Shown one piece after another: positions 45,210 to 54,110 of a DNA stretch of 64,000 nt. The stretch spans positions 64,001 to 128,000 of IMG/VR virus record IMGVR_UViG_3300005466_000024; one strand, given 5' to 3'. How positions within the stretch are numbered: the first letter of the stretch is position 1; every line of letters starts with the position of its first letter. A model generated the notes under the pieces. The model had not been told where the DNA came from and did not search any database. It saw only the letters and a program-made list of their open reading frames with translations. Made by a program: the position numbers and the translations under genes. This DNA is from a virus.

Positions 45210-45913
45210 TTCGGGTCTCCTGCACGGCCGTCGAGGTGGTATGAGCGTTGCATATTGGGGCCAGGATTGTAGAGGTGCACGCAGTATTGGTTCCACCCTG
45301 CCATCCCGTAGGTCTTGTAGGCGTCGGCCAGCACGCCGTGCATGACGTCTTCGATGAATCCGTGTCGCCCGTCGAGGTGGTCGGCGTGGATGCGCCGGTA
45401 GAACGCCAGGCTGGCGACGTGCGGGCGCTGCGACCACTGGCTGGTGCGGATGAAGCCGCTGTCGTCGCCGTGCACCATGTGTTCGTGATCGGGCAGGATC
45501 TGCGATTCGTGGTGCAGGCGCACGCAGTTGGATCGCCCGCTGGACACGAATCCGCTGATCAGGTCGAAGTCGATGTGCTCGTCGATGACCATGGGGGTGT
45601 CCTGTTCGACGTAGGCCACGAGGGGGGTTTCCACGAGGTTCAGTGCGTGCGCCAGCATGCCGATTTGGTGGTGGTGTTCATCGAAGATTATCGGGCAGAT
45701 GTTGCCGTAGTGGTGGTCGGCCAGCCACAGGGCGTTGGCGATGTGTTCCTCGTAGGCCTGGCGGCGGTGTTCCAGGTGCGGCGCGGCACCGTCGAAGGTC
45801 AGGATGATCTCGGCGTCGGGCAGCCAGTGGCGCACCGAATCGAGGGTTTCGGTGAGGATCGCGGTGTCGGGGTGACTGGGGATCGGGCTGACCGGGACGA
45901 TGGCGGTGATCAT
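45200..45913 (-). CDS. Glycosyltransferase (GT-A), paralogue 1
   Basis: ITAIVPVSPIPSHP...IILTFDG...AYVEQD...WSQRPHVA. Confidence 0.75.
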   Translation of the reverse strand: MITAIVPVSPIPSHPDTAILTETLDSVRHWLPDAEIILTFDGAAPHLEHRRQAYEEHIANALWLADHHYGNICPIIFDEHHHQIGMLAHALNLVETPLVAYVEQDTPMVIDEHIDFDLISGFVSSGRSNCVRLHHESQILPDHEHMVHGDDSGFIRTSQWSQRPHVASLAFYRRIHADHLDGRHGFIEDVMHGVLADAYKTYGMAGWNQYCVHLYNPGPNMQRSYHLDGRAGDPKCP

Positions 45914-46642
45914 CTAGTACACCTGCTGGGCTTCGAACTTGGATTCGGTGCGCCGCCCGTCCAGGTGCAGCAGGTATTTGATGTCGTCCTCGGGCCAGTA
46001 GATGTGCAGGCGGAACTTCTCGGGGCAGGTTTCGGAGGCCGCCCCCCACATGCGGTCTTCGATGAAGCAGTTGGCGTCCGGTGAGAAGTGTTCGGTCAGG
46101 ATCCGCCGGTACAGCTCGGTGCTGGCGACGTGCACGTTCTGCGACCACTGCGTGGTGCGCAGAAACCGTGCGTCGATCTCGTCGCGGCCGTGCATCAGGT
46201 AGGCGTGGGCGTCGGGCATCGTCTCGCGTAGATATAGGCGTACCAGGTCGGACCGGCCGGACAGGATGAATTCCGCAATGCCGGGGAAGTCTATCCGGCG
46301 TCCGACGCGTAGCGGCATGTCGTGCTCGACGTACATCAACAGCGGGGTGTCGATCTGGTCGATGGCGTGGCGCATCATGCCGACCTGGTGTTGGTGGGTA
46401 TCGAACTCAAGGATTCGCACTGGGCGCCCGAATTTGCCGGTGTCGGACATCCGGTGGACCCGTGCGATGTGCTCGGTGTACTGCTCGCGCAGGTGCTGCT
46501 GCTCGGCGCGCACACCGTCGAACGTGAGCAGGATGTCGACCCCGGGCAGGTGGTGGCGCACGGAGTCGATGGTGGCGGTGAGGATGTCGGCGTCGGGGTG
46601 TGCGGGGATGGGGCTGACCGGGATCACGACGGTGATCAGCAC
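45914..46642 (-). CDS. Glycosyltransferase (GT-A), paralogue 2
   Basis: ITVVIPVSPIPAHP...ILLTFDG...MYVEHD...WSQNVHVA. Confidence 0.75.
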   Translation of the reverse strand: MLITVVIPVSPIPAHPDADILTATIDSVRHHLPGVDILLTFDGVRAEQQHLREQYTEHIARVHRMSDTGKFGRPVRILEFDTHQHQVGMMRHAIDQIDTPLLMYVEHDMPLRVGRRIDFPGIAEFILSGRSDLVRLYLRETMPDAHAYLMHGRDEIDARFLRTTQWSQNVHVASTELYRRILTEHFSPDANCFIEDRMWGAASETCPEKFRLHIYWPEDDIKYLLHLDGRRTESKFEAQQVY

Positions 46643-47511
46643 GACGCCCCCAATGCGCGCAGGTCGGCGCGCAGGCGCCGGGCCATGCGCCGTTTCTCGC
46701 CGATCCACCAGGCGGTGATGCGGTTGGCCGCGCGTGGGTAGTCGCGCAGGGCGTCATCGATGTAGCCGGGCAGGTCGGAGTACTTCTCGATGACCGGCAT
46801 CGGGGTGTTGGGGTACAGGCGTCGCCAGTAGCCACGGCTGTCGTAGGCGATGGTGATGTCGTCGGCGATCGGGATGGTGTGCGCAGCCAGGGCTTCGTAG
46901 GTGCGGAAGGTGTCCGGTGTGGCCGGTCCGGCCGGTGCGGGCGCGACTTTCGCGGTGGTCATCATGGTGGCGTAGACATCGGTGGACACGCCTTCGTCGC
47001 AGGCGGCGAAGTTCTTGGTGCGGTAGATCAGTGCGTTGTGGTGGCTGGCCAGCAGGGTTTCGAAGCATTCGTGACGCCGCTCATGGGTGTCCTGGGCGGC
47101 GATGAACACGTCGGTGCTGCGCCGCGGTGGCGGGCCGCCGAGGGTGTTGAATGCGGGTGTGTACCCGACACCGAACAGGTAGGCGGCACCGTAGTCCGTG
47201 TCGGTGCGCGGGGTCTGGACCCACCAGGCGATGTTGGGGTGGCTGATCGCGGTGGGCGCCAGCCAGTCCTCCTCGTCGGAGACGCGGATCGCCAGCACCC
47301 ACTCGTAGCGGCCCAGTTGGGCGTTGAGCTGATCGGTGCGTTCGTGCCAGTGGCGCCCGGGGATGACGATGATCGCCCCGTTGTCGGGGGGCCAGGTGTC
47401 GTGGCGGCGGAACTGCAGGCCGGTCGGGTAGAGCCGGTTGGCGAATAGTTGCGCAAGGGTGTTCTGGTCCCAGCATTCCTGTGGGGGCAGCCACCCGACG
47501 TGGATCACCAT
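46636..47511 (-). CDS. Glycosyltransferase-like protein (GT-B/exostosin-like)
   Basis: DVFIAAQDTH.RR...AKVAPAPAGPATPDTFRTYEAL.A..IPI. Confidence 0.65.
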   Translation of the reverse strand: MVIHVGWLPPQECWDQNTLAQLFANRLYPTGLQFRRHDTWPPDNGAIIVIPGRHWHERTDQLNAQLGRYEWVLAIRVSDEEDWLAPTAISHPNIAWWVQTPRTDTDYGAAYLFGVGYTPAFNTLGGPPPRRSTDVFIAAQDTHERRHECFETLLASHHNALIYRTKNFAACDEGVSTDVYATMMTTAKVAPAPAGPATPDTFRTYEALAAHTIPIADDITIAYDSRGYWRRLYPNTPMPVIEKYSDLPGYIDDALRDYPRAANRITAWWIGEKRRMARRLRADLRALGASC

Positions 47512-48536
47512 GGGTTCCTCGTCAGGCGCACCCCGCTGGGTGGTACGGGCTGATCCATGACACTGCGCGATACCCGTGGCGGCGGCGCCGCCACGTAGTT
47601 TTCACCGAGCACCTCGTGCAGGATGGTTTCCCACCGATGCCGGTAGGTGTAGTTGTTCTTGACGTGCTCGTGGCCGGCCAGCCGGATCCGTTCCCGCTCC
47701 TCGTCGTGGGTCAGGTAGTGGTCGATCTTGGCCCGCAATCCCTTCCAGTCGTTGTACTGGTAGAGCACCAGGTGCTCGCCATCGACGTAGTCGTCTTCGA
47801 GGCCGGTGATGCGGGGGTGGATGAGGAAGCCGCCCCGGCCCAGCGTTTCGGGGATGCGATCACTGAAGTAGGGGCCGTAGGTGAACTTGGGACAGAAGGT
47901 GTCGCCGACGATCACCTTGGCGTCGGCGTACACCTGGTTGAGTGCGGCACCGCGCACGACGATGCCGGCGTCCTGCCCGTAGAGCCGGAACCGGTTACCG
48001 TAGGTCTTCCTCAACCAGTCGATGAGCTTGGGCCGGTACGGCCACTCCGGGTGATACCGCTCGGAGCCGACGAACCCGACGTCGAACCGGTCGGCGCTGG
48101 GGGTCGCACAGTAGGTCTCCTCGGCGAGCACCCCAGGAGGCAGGTAGTGGCCCTTCACTGCGGTGTTGGCGTTGAGCCAGTCGGCCAGCGGGCCGTCCGC
48201 CGTGAAGAAGTGGTCCAGGCCGCGGATGTAGAGCTCGTTGCGGTAGGTCTCCCATCGCTGCGGCAGTCCGTAGAACAGGTCGAGGTGGTAGGCGACGCGG
48301 GGGATGCGCAGCCGGGCGAGCACCTGTTCCATGGTGAGGTTGCCGGTGGGGCGCACCTCATGGGGGTGCACCCACACGAACAGGTTGGTCTGCGCGGCCC
48401 GGCCCAGGATCTGGTCGGTGGAGGTGTTGGTTTCCTGGATCTGCACGACGGTGTGACCCAGGGACTCCAGTGACCGGGTGTGGTGGACTTCCGAGCACCA
48501 GGGTGCCTGGAAATTACCCAGCAACGCGATGATCAT
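47505..48536 (-). CDS. Glycosyltransferase (CgeB/YkvP-like GT-B)
   Basis: DVGFVGS..YH.EW.YR...LNQVYADAKVIVGD...FSDRIPETLGRGGFLI...HLVLY...KNNYTYRHR. Confidence 0.8.
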   Translation of the reverse strand: MIIALLGNFQAPWCSEVHHTRSLESLGHTVVQIQETNTSTDQILGRAAQTNLFVWVHPHEVRPTGNLTMEQVLARLRIPRVAYHLDLFYGLPQRWETYRNELYIRGLDHFFTADGPLADWLNANTAVKGHYLPPGVLAEETYCATPSADRFDVGFVGSERYHPEWPYRPKLIDWLRKTYGNRFRLYGQDAGIVVRGAALNQVYADAKVIVGDTFCPKFTYGPYFSDRIPETLGRGGFLIHPRITGLEDDYVDGEHLVLYQYNDWKGLRAKIDHYLTHDEERERIRLAGHEHVKNNYTYRHRWETILHEVLGENYVAAPPPRVSRSVMDQPVPPSGVRLTRNPW

Positions 48537-48688
48537 CGGCCGCGGATCCTGGCGTCGACGATTTCGGCGCACGGTTCGCACAGCCAGCACGGTGTGTGGC
48601 CGATGAGCCGGAGCACCTTCCCGGGGTGGGGGCAGTCCGGGCGGGCGCAGTCGGGGGCCACGTGGTGTTTGTCGGCGTAACGGGACAT
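48533..48688 (-). CDS. Small Cys-rich protein
   Basis: MSRYADKHH...CARPDC...CWLCEPC; 51 aa; ATGA coupling to the glycosyltransferase; absent from the ORF track. Confidence 0.5.
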   Translation of the reverse strand: MSRYADKHHVAPDCARPDCPHPGKVLRLIGHTPCWLCEPCAEIVDARIRGR

Positions 48689-48755
48689 CAGTACCGAATA
48701 CCACTCGGCGATTCGCCGGGTTCCGTGGAAGTAGTGGTGGCAGACATATTCGCCC

Positions 48756-48795
48756 TTTACCGTGCGGGACGCCTATCGGCGTGTCGCACGGTAAA
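48756..48795. other. Intergenic long hairpin
   Basis: TTTACCGTGCG-gg-ACGCC-tatc-GGCGT-gt-CGCACGGTAAA. Confidence 0.7.
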
Positions 48796-48928
48796 CGGAG
48801 CCGTCGCGCCGACACTTAATCATGGGCACTACCCAACTTCCGTTGCCTTATCCACTGGCCTGGGGTCGCCGATGGCGATGGCATGGATGGGAATTGGAAT
48901 TCTTCCTCCGACGCACCTGGCGGTCATC

Positions 48929-49183
48929 GTGGCCTACTCACTGTGCAGACACTGCCATCACCCCCGCGACAAACACCGCGACCTTGACTTGAAGTGCTCC
49001 ATAACGATCTTGACCAACTGGGACGAGGCCGCGCGACTGTTCGCTGGTGATCGGTCCTGCGATTGCCCCGGGTACTGCGGTACCGGGCTGGATGCCCCGT
49101 GCCGAACCGACTGCCCGCACGAATACGTCGAGGACGATCCGAAGTGTGTGTGTTGTGGTCGACCCGCCCCGGCGAGTAGCTGA
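48929..49183 (+). CDS. Cys-rich hypothetical protein (counter-oriented)
   Basis: CRHCHHPRDKH...CDCPGY...CPH...CVCCG; GTG start inferred. Confidence 0.5.
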   Translation: MAYSLCRHCHHPRDKHRDLDLKCSITILTNWDEAARLFAGDRSCDCPGYCGTGLDAPCRTDCPHEYVEDDPKCVCCGRPAPASS

Positions 49184-49191
49184 CCACGTCA

Positions 49192-49413
49192 TCACTCCGT
49201 CAGTGCCATGGCGGCAGCACCCTGATCCTCTGCCACAACCCCGCGCCGGCGCATGTTCCATGCGGTTTCCCCCAGTCGCCGGGAAACGTCCAGTAGCGCA
49301 TGCTCCTTGTCGCTGGATCCCGTGTACGCCAGTCTTCGTATCTCGATGGCCAGTCCACTGAGGTCGTTGGCGAGGTCGTGGACACTCATGGGCATGGGCA
49401 TGGGGGTATCCAC
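49192..49413 (-). CDS. Hypothetical protein
   Basis: 73 aa, helical; start uncertain. Confidence 0.5.
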   Translation of the reverse strand: MDTPMPMPMSVHDLANDLSGLAIEIRRLAYTGSSDKEHALLDVSRRLGETAWNMRRRGVVAEDQGAAAMALTE

Positions 49414-49430
49414 ACTCTCTGTAATTCGTT

Positions 49431-49457
49431 GGGACTCACCGAATTTCGGTGAGTCTC
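49431..49457 (-). terminator. Perfect palindrome / terminator-like hairpin
   Basis: GACTCACCGAA-T-TTCGGTGAGTC (49433-49455) downstream of the 49484 stop. Confidence 0.55.
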
Positions 49458-49483
49458 CGTTCTATCACAGCGGTGCGGATATG

Positions 49484-49711
49484 TCAGTAGTCGGGGTCAC
49501 TGCTCTCGAATCGCTCGGCCCTGATCCTGGCCGCTCCAGCGTCGGCCGACAGGCTGCCTCGTATCGGGGTCCACTCGCCGTGCCGTTGGCATGCTCCGGG
49601 TTCCGCGTGCAGCGCTTGCCAGCCGAAGTCGTGGTTCTTGACCACCATGTAGGCGCGGCTACGGCCGTCGGCGAAGTATGCGCCGTAGCCGGTTCGCCAC
49701 ACCAGGCCCAT
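49484..49711 (-). CDS. Hypothetical protein
   Basis: 75 aa; SD GGGGAAG. Confidence 0.55.
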   Translation of the reverse strand: MGLVWRTGYGAYFADGRSRAYMVVKNHDFGWQALHAEPGACQRHGEWTPIRGSLSADAGAARIRAERFESSDPDY

Positions 49712-49724
49712 CAGGCTTCCCCCA

Positions 49725-49961
49725 TTACCCAGACCCCAGCACCCCGTCGGGCCAGTTGGCGCTCATCACGAACGACGACTCGGCGTCGCCGTTCCACCGC
49801 CACAGCTTCGGCGGGTTGCGGACAACGACCAACCCGACGTAGTCACCGGCGTTGTCGAGAACCGCGAGGTTGCCGGTACCTCCTCGAGAGCGCGTCAACC
49901 GGGCATCTGGCCACCGTTCGATGACATCGTTGAGAATGCCGATCAAGGTGTCTGGGTTCAC
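49725..49961 (-). CDS. Hypothetical protein
   Basis: GTGA coupling; 78 aa. Confidence 0.55.
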   Translation of the reverse strand: MNPDTLIGILNDVIERWPDARLTRSRGGTGNLAVLDNAGDYVGLVVVRNPPKLWRWNGDAESSFVMSANWPDGVLGSG

Positions 49962-50164
49962 GCGCCGATGATCTCCGGCCACGGCGGAATCTCCGGCCCC
50001 AGACTTGTCCGGCCATCCCACTCCCAGTTCGCGTGGAACCCGCTCAACGCACTCGTTGCTTCGCCGTCTTCAGCCCGGGCCAGCTCTACCAGTGCGCCGA
50101 GTTTGACGAACACCTCCTGTTCGAGAGCCTCCAGATCTTCGGTCGCCGTACCTGGCTCATCCAC
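49958..50164 (-). CDS. Hypothetical protein
   Basis: 68 aa; coupled to neighbours. Confidence 0.55.
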   Translation of the reverse strand: MDEPGTATEDLEALEQEVFVKLGALVELARAEDGEATSALSGFHANWEWDGRTSLGPEIPPWPEIIGA

Positions 50165-50648
50165 GCTCGTGTCCCTTCTTTTTCGCGCGCTCGATGGCGC
50201 GCCGCACGTACTCGGCTTCGTTGTCGTCGCTGTCCATCAGGTGAGGCCACCACGCCGGGTCCACCCACCGCCTGATGAACACATTGAAACATGCGATGGG
50301 GTCGTTACCGGCCTGTAACTCCAAATAATCGTCCAGCTCACCGGGCACCGGCCGCCCCTCGGTGATCGCCTCGTCCAGTTGGCGTCGGACCCATTCCCGA
50401 CCGTCATGCCGCGCGGGGGCGCCGTCGTCGATCTCGGTGAATCCCTGCACCAGCGACCAGTCCGTGGCGGGGCCGTTGATCCAGGTGGTCGGCATGTACC
50501 AGCGGTCACCGTTGGCGGTGGTGCCGACAGCGGCGACGCTGGTGCCTCCGCTCACCCAGTACAGCCGGTACAGCCCGCCCTGATCGGGGATACCAGTCTT
50601 ACGCCAGGCATGAAATTCCTCGGTGTCGCCGAGCCGTTCGGGTTCCAT
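50157..50648 (-). CDS. Hypothetical protein (probably leaderless mRNA)
   Basis: ATG 7 nt downstream of TATAGT. Confidence 0.65.
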   Translation of the reverse strand: MEPERLGDTEEFHAWRKTGIPDQGGLYRLYWVSGGTSVAAVGTTANGDRWYMPTTWINGPATDWSLVQGFTEIDDGAPARHDGREWVRRQLDEAITEGRPVPGELDDYLELQAGNDPIACFNVFIRRWVDPAWWPHLMDSDDNEAEYVRRAIERAKKKGHERG

Positions 50649-50656
50649 AGCTCACA

Positions 50657-50673
50657 CTATAGCAGTGCTATAG
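50657..50673. promoter_or_regulatory. Palindromic operator copy 3 / -10 element (perfect palindrome)
   Basis: CTATAGC-AGT-GCTATAG. Confidence 0.7.
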
Positions 50674-51660
50674 CTCCCTGTCCCGCCATCCTGGCCAGTC
50701 ACGGTCGTAGTCGAACTCACGATCACGCTGCCCGGGCACCAGCGGGGCGTCGGGATCCCGCCGCGGCACCCACTTGCCCCGCCCCCAGTCCCACTGCAGG
50801 TTTCCCATGTCCTCCTCCGACAACCCCGCCATGTGCAGGTCGCCGGTGCCGCTCCAGAACTGCGACGGCAGGATCGCGGTCTTCTGGGGCTGGAAGCCGC
50901 CGTAGTAGATCAGCGCACTGTTCTGGCCGCGCGTTTCCGTACCGAGCGCGGGACGGGCCTGCGGACTGAACATCTGCGCATGCGCGAGGTAGGCGGCTTG
51001 TTCACCGTGGCGGTCGAAGGACCGCCCGGTGGCGGCATGACCGAACAAGTCATGGACAAAGCGAAAGCGGTCGTTTGTGGCGTCGTCTAGGTAGGGGTGC
51101 CCGCCGGTGGCGTGGGTACCCAGGATCTGCAGCCGACGGTTGGTGTTGACGTCGTCGAGCATTTCGTGGACGTCGTTGTAGGGGTCGTGGTCGGTGATCT
51201 GGGGGCGGATGCCGAGGCGCTGGGTGGCGAAGTCGTACTGGTGGTTGATGTCGTTGCGGTAGGCGTCGAAGTGTTTGACGGCGGCCGGGTCGTGCATCGG
51301 CAGTGCGTCGTAGGCCGTCGCGACGGCGCGCACGCTCTGGGGTGTCCGGCGGGCGCCCAGGTAGTCGGTGGCGCCCGAATGCGGGTCGGGCATCCCCTTC
51401 AGTGCGGCGTAGGCGCTGGCGCCCTGGCGGGCGATCTGGGAGGGCTCGAACGACTTGTGGTAGGTCCACCCTGCCGGGTCATCGAAGCCGTTGAACGTAA
51501 CAGTGGGTGCCGCCGCGGTGCGGTAATGGGGCAGCACCCGGCCGCCGGTGCTGTGGACTGTTCCGCAGCAGCCCAGGCTGGCGGGCAGGTCGGGGTGCCG
51601 GTCGTCAGTGGCCGCAACACGTTGCGGCCACTGCTCGGCCTGGGTCTCGACACGCCTCAT
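50668..51660 (-). CDS. Zincin-like metallopeptidase-fold protein with shared leader (MRRVETQAEQWPQRVA)
   Basis: NDRFRFVHDLFGHAATG..F..HGE..A...H (HExxH-like); ATG 51660 coupled to the upstream stop. Confidence 0.6.
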   Translation of the reverse strand: MRRVETQAEQWPQRVAATDDRHPDLPASLGCCGTVHSTGGRVLPHYRTAAAPTVTFNGFDDPAGWTYHKSFEPSQIARQGASAYAALKGMPDPHSGATDYLGARRTPQSVRAVATAYDALPMHDPAAVKHFDAYRNDINHQYDFATQRLGIRPQITDHDPYNDVHEMLDDVNTNRRLQILGTHATGGHPYLDDATNDRFRFVHDLFGHAATGRSFDRHGEQAAYLAHAQMFSPQARPALGTETRGQNSALIYYGGFQPQKTAILPSQFWSGTGDLHMAGLSEEDMGNLQWDWGRGKWVPRRDPDAPLVPGQRDREFDYDRDWPGWRDREL

Positions 51661-52046
51661 CGCCTCGTCCGCCGCCGTGGCGCCTGGTCCTGCGGATCCC
51701 ATCCGTGTTCGACCATGTCCGACCAGTGGCCGGGATCTCCCCCGTGGGACAGGGCGAGATCGGCGGCTGCCCTGGCATCCTCGAGTGAGTGCACCCGACC
51801 CCAGGCCGAGGGATACTGTGCCCCCTCGAACGGATCCGCAACATCGTAGTGCGACCAGGTCCACGGTGGCTCACCGGGGTGCATGCCGGTGGTGTCTTCC
51901 ACCAGGACGCTGCGGCCACCGTGCGAGCGCGCCCACTGTTCCGGCTCGTAGTCGGGGGTCTGCTGCCACTCGTCGCGGGCGTCGTCGCCGACGATTCTGC
52001 GGCCCTCCCGCACCATCTTCTCGGCCCTCGCGATCACGCCGTCCAT
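51657..52046 (-). CDS. Hypothetical protein
   Basis: 129 aa; AAAGGGT motif then SD GGGAGG. Confidence 0.65.
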   Translation of the reverse strand: MDGVIARAEKMVREGRRIVGDDARDEWQQTPDYEPEQWARSHGGRSVLVEDTTGMHPGEPPWTWSHYDVADPFEGAQYPSAWGRVHSLEDARAAADLALSHGGDPGHWSDMVEHGWDPQDQAPRRRTRR

Positions 52047-52067
52047 GTTGGCCTCCCACCCTTTCGG

Positions 52068-52481
52068 TCAACGGGGTTTCACGTCGGAGCGAGTGCGGGT
52101 GATCTTCCTGATCAACCTGCAAGCCACATCGTCTGGCGCCTCGATCCCGGCCTCCCCGTGCTCGGCGGCCTCGGCACCCGAGGCGAACAGCGGCACCGGG
52201 GTGGTGTAGTCCATCACGGCCGGGTCGATCCGCTGGTGCGCGATGGCCAGCCGCAGCGCCAGCAGTTGGTCGCCGTGGCAAGCGACCCAGCCGGCGCACA
52301 AACGGGCCTTGTCGCTGTCGTGATCATTCTGGTGGCATTGAAATAGCTCTACTGGCTGCGCCCAGGTCTCGCTGTCGTAGGCGCGCAGCTTCTCGTACTC
52401 CTCGGTGGCCCAGATGCCGGACGGCACGTCGCGCCGGTAGGGGCAGGAGGAGCAGGGTCTCGGTGCGGGGGCCTGGATCAT
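52068..52481 (-). CDS. DUF6283-family protein
   Basis: PRPCSSCPYRRDVPSGIW..EEY.KL..YD...LFQCHQ...LCAGWVACH. Confidence 0.75.
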   Translation of the reverse strand: MIQAPAPRPCSSCPYRRDVPSGIWATEEYEKLRAYDSETWAQPVELFQCHQNDHDSDKARLCAGWVACHGDQLLALRLAIAHQRIDPAVMDYTTPVPLFASGAEAAEHGEAGIEAPDDVACRLIRKITRTRSDVKPR

Positions 52482-52491
52482 GACGAGCCGG

Positions 52492-52719
52492 TCATCGTGC
52501 GCCCCGATCCAGGATGTCCCGGACGAACTCCCCATACGAACCGTCGGGATCGGGCGGTGGCTCCAGGGAGTCGGCGACTTCCTTGGCGATGTGGTCGGCG
52601 TGTACCTCGGGGTCGCGGCGGTCCACGCACTCGCACCCGAGGTGGTCACGAATGACCATGGCCAGCAGGATCTCGACGTCGCTGCGCACCATCCCGAGGA
52701 TGATCGGGTCGATCTTCAC
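52492..52719 (-). CDS. Hypothetical protein
   Basis: 75 aa; GTG 3 nt after the upstream stop. Confidence 0.5.
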   Translation of the reverse strand: MKIDPIILGMVRSDVEILLAMVIRDHLGCECVDRRDPEVHADHIAKEVADSLEPPPDPDGSYGEFVRDILDRGAR

Positions 52720-52721
52720 GG

Positions 52722-52925
52722 TCAGTCCGCTTTTTCGAGAAGTCGCCTGCGCTGCACCCATGCCCAGTACCCGAGCCGCGTGTCGTCGTCGGTGACCTCT
52801 CGCTTCCAGTCGGAGACGGGATGCTCGGGATGCTCCCCCCAGTAGTCGTTGTGGTACTGGCGACAGCTGCCGCAGTAACCGAACTTGACGTCGTTGGAAC
52901 AGGTGATCGACTCCTCAGCGGTCAT
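52722..52925 (-). CDS. Hypothetical protein
   Basis: 67 aa; HPEHPVSDWKREV.DDDTRLGYWAWV. Confidence 0.6.
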   Translation of the reverse strand: MTAEESITCSNDVKFGYCGSCRQYHNDYWGEHPEHPVSDWKREVTDDDTRLGYWAWVQRRRLLEKAD

Positions 52926-53455
52926 GATCGCCCCTCCACCCGGAACAGTGTCGTTGTCATGTCGGCCTCGGTGTAGGCCTGCCCATCGACGATGCCGCCC
53001 TTGGGGTAGGTGTCGGTGTACAATCGCCGACCGCGCGCCGACACGACGTCACCGTGTTCCTCGTCCCACACGTCGTCGAAGGTTTCCCAGTCGCCGATCT
53101 CGGTGATGGTGTGCCGTTTGCCCTGGATGTCGATGATCACGTCGCCGACTGCCAGCTCCTCGAACGTCTTGCGGGTGATCGTGTCGTGATGTGACGTGCA
53201 GCCGATGCTGGGGCACTCGCTCTGCGGCATGGCGTGGTGCCCGGCGAGGGCTTGCACGTCGCCGAGCGCCCGCGCGCGCGAACCCCTGGCTCGGAAGCGA
53301 GGGATCTCCCGGCCGCGGTAGGTCGCGACCGCCTCGTACAACCGGCGCGATTTTCCCGTCAGCCCGACGGACGAGGTTCCCAGGTCGTGCAGGGTGACCT
53401 CGTAGTCGCCGCTGCGGTAGACGTCCTGGCCCTTGACCTTGACGAACTTCAGCAT
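52922..53455 (-). CDS. Hypothetical protein
   Basis: 177 aa; SD GGAAG. Confidence 0.55.
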   Translation of the reverse strand: MLKFVKVKGQDVYRSGDYEVTLHDLGTSSVGLTGKSRRLYEAVATYRGREIPRFRARGSRARALGDVQALAGHHAMPQSECPSIGCTSHHDTITRKTFEELAVGDVIIDIQGKRHTITEIGDWETFDDVWDEEHGDVVSARGRRLYTDTYPKGGIVDGQAYTEADMTTTLFRVEGRS

Positions 53456-53456
53456 G

Positions 53457-53705
53457 TCACTGCCCACTTCCCTGATCGTTGGTCACCACCGAGACGAGCT
53501 GGTATGCGATACGCGTGGGTTGCCAGTCGATGACCTTGACGTACCCCAGTGCGGCGAGGACATCATCACCCTCGGTGGTGCTGGGACGTCGCGACCGCAC
53601 CGGGTACAGGTTGACGAACTCGCCGTCCATGTCATCAAGGAACACGTAGCCGTCGCTAAGTGTGGCTAGTAGTTGCTGCTCGGTGATTCGTGCGTTGGTG
53701 GCCAT
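53457..53705 (-). CDS. Hypothetical protein
   Basis: 82 aa; SD GAAGGA; promoter upstream. Confidence 0.6.
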   Translation of the reverse strand: MATNARITEQQLLATLSDGYVFLDDMDGEFVNLYPVRSRRPSTTEGDDVLAALGYVKVIDWQPTRIAYQLVSVVTNDQGSGQ

Positions 53706-53735
53706 GGCTTGTGTCCTTCCCTACCGGAGATAACA

Positions 53736-53752
53736 CTATAGTCCCGCTATAT
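53736..53752. promoter_or_regulatory. Palindromic operator copy 4 / -10 element
   Basis: CTATAGT-CCC-GCTATAT. Confidence 0.65.
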
Positions 53753-54110
53753 GCTCTGTCTTCTCGAGTTCCTGTACGTTGACACCCGCCCAGACGATGA
53801 GGCGTTGACCGAGGTCGATGACATCGGCGTCGGTGAGTGCGAACTGGTCACTGCCCTGAATGGACACGAACGCCGCACCGTCAGCGACGGTGACGACCAG
53901 GTCGGGCGCGATAATGGTGTCCCACGAGGAGTCGCTGCCGGTGGCGCGCAGCAGCCGCGTCCCGACCTCGCGAGCAGTAGCATGATCGAACTCCACGGCG
54001 CGCACGAGAAGACTGTCGTGATAGCTCAGTCGACATTCGATGAGGTAGCCGGTATTGATGATCAGGTACCGTCCACCATCGGTGTATTCGCGGAACGTGG
54101 CCATACTCAT
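53736..54110 (-). CDS. Hypothetical protein with internal duplication
   Basis: AREVGTRLL / VIDLGQRLI half-repeats. Confidence 0.55.
   Translation of the reverse strand: MSMATFREYTDGGRYLIINTGYLIECRLSYHDSLLVRAVEFDHATAREVGTRLLRATGSDSSWDTIIAPDLVVTVADGAAFVSIQGSDQFALTDADVIDLGQRLIVWAGVNVQELEKTEHIAGL

Noticed and set aside
49460-49483. Seventh copy of the TATAGC palindrome
   Set aside because: Only the central GC-N3-GC matches (CACAGC-GGT-GCGGAT); too degenerate
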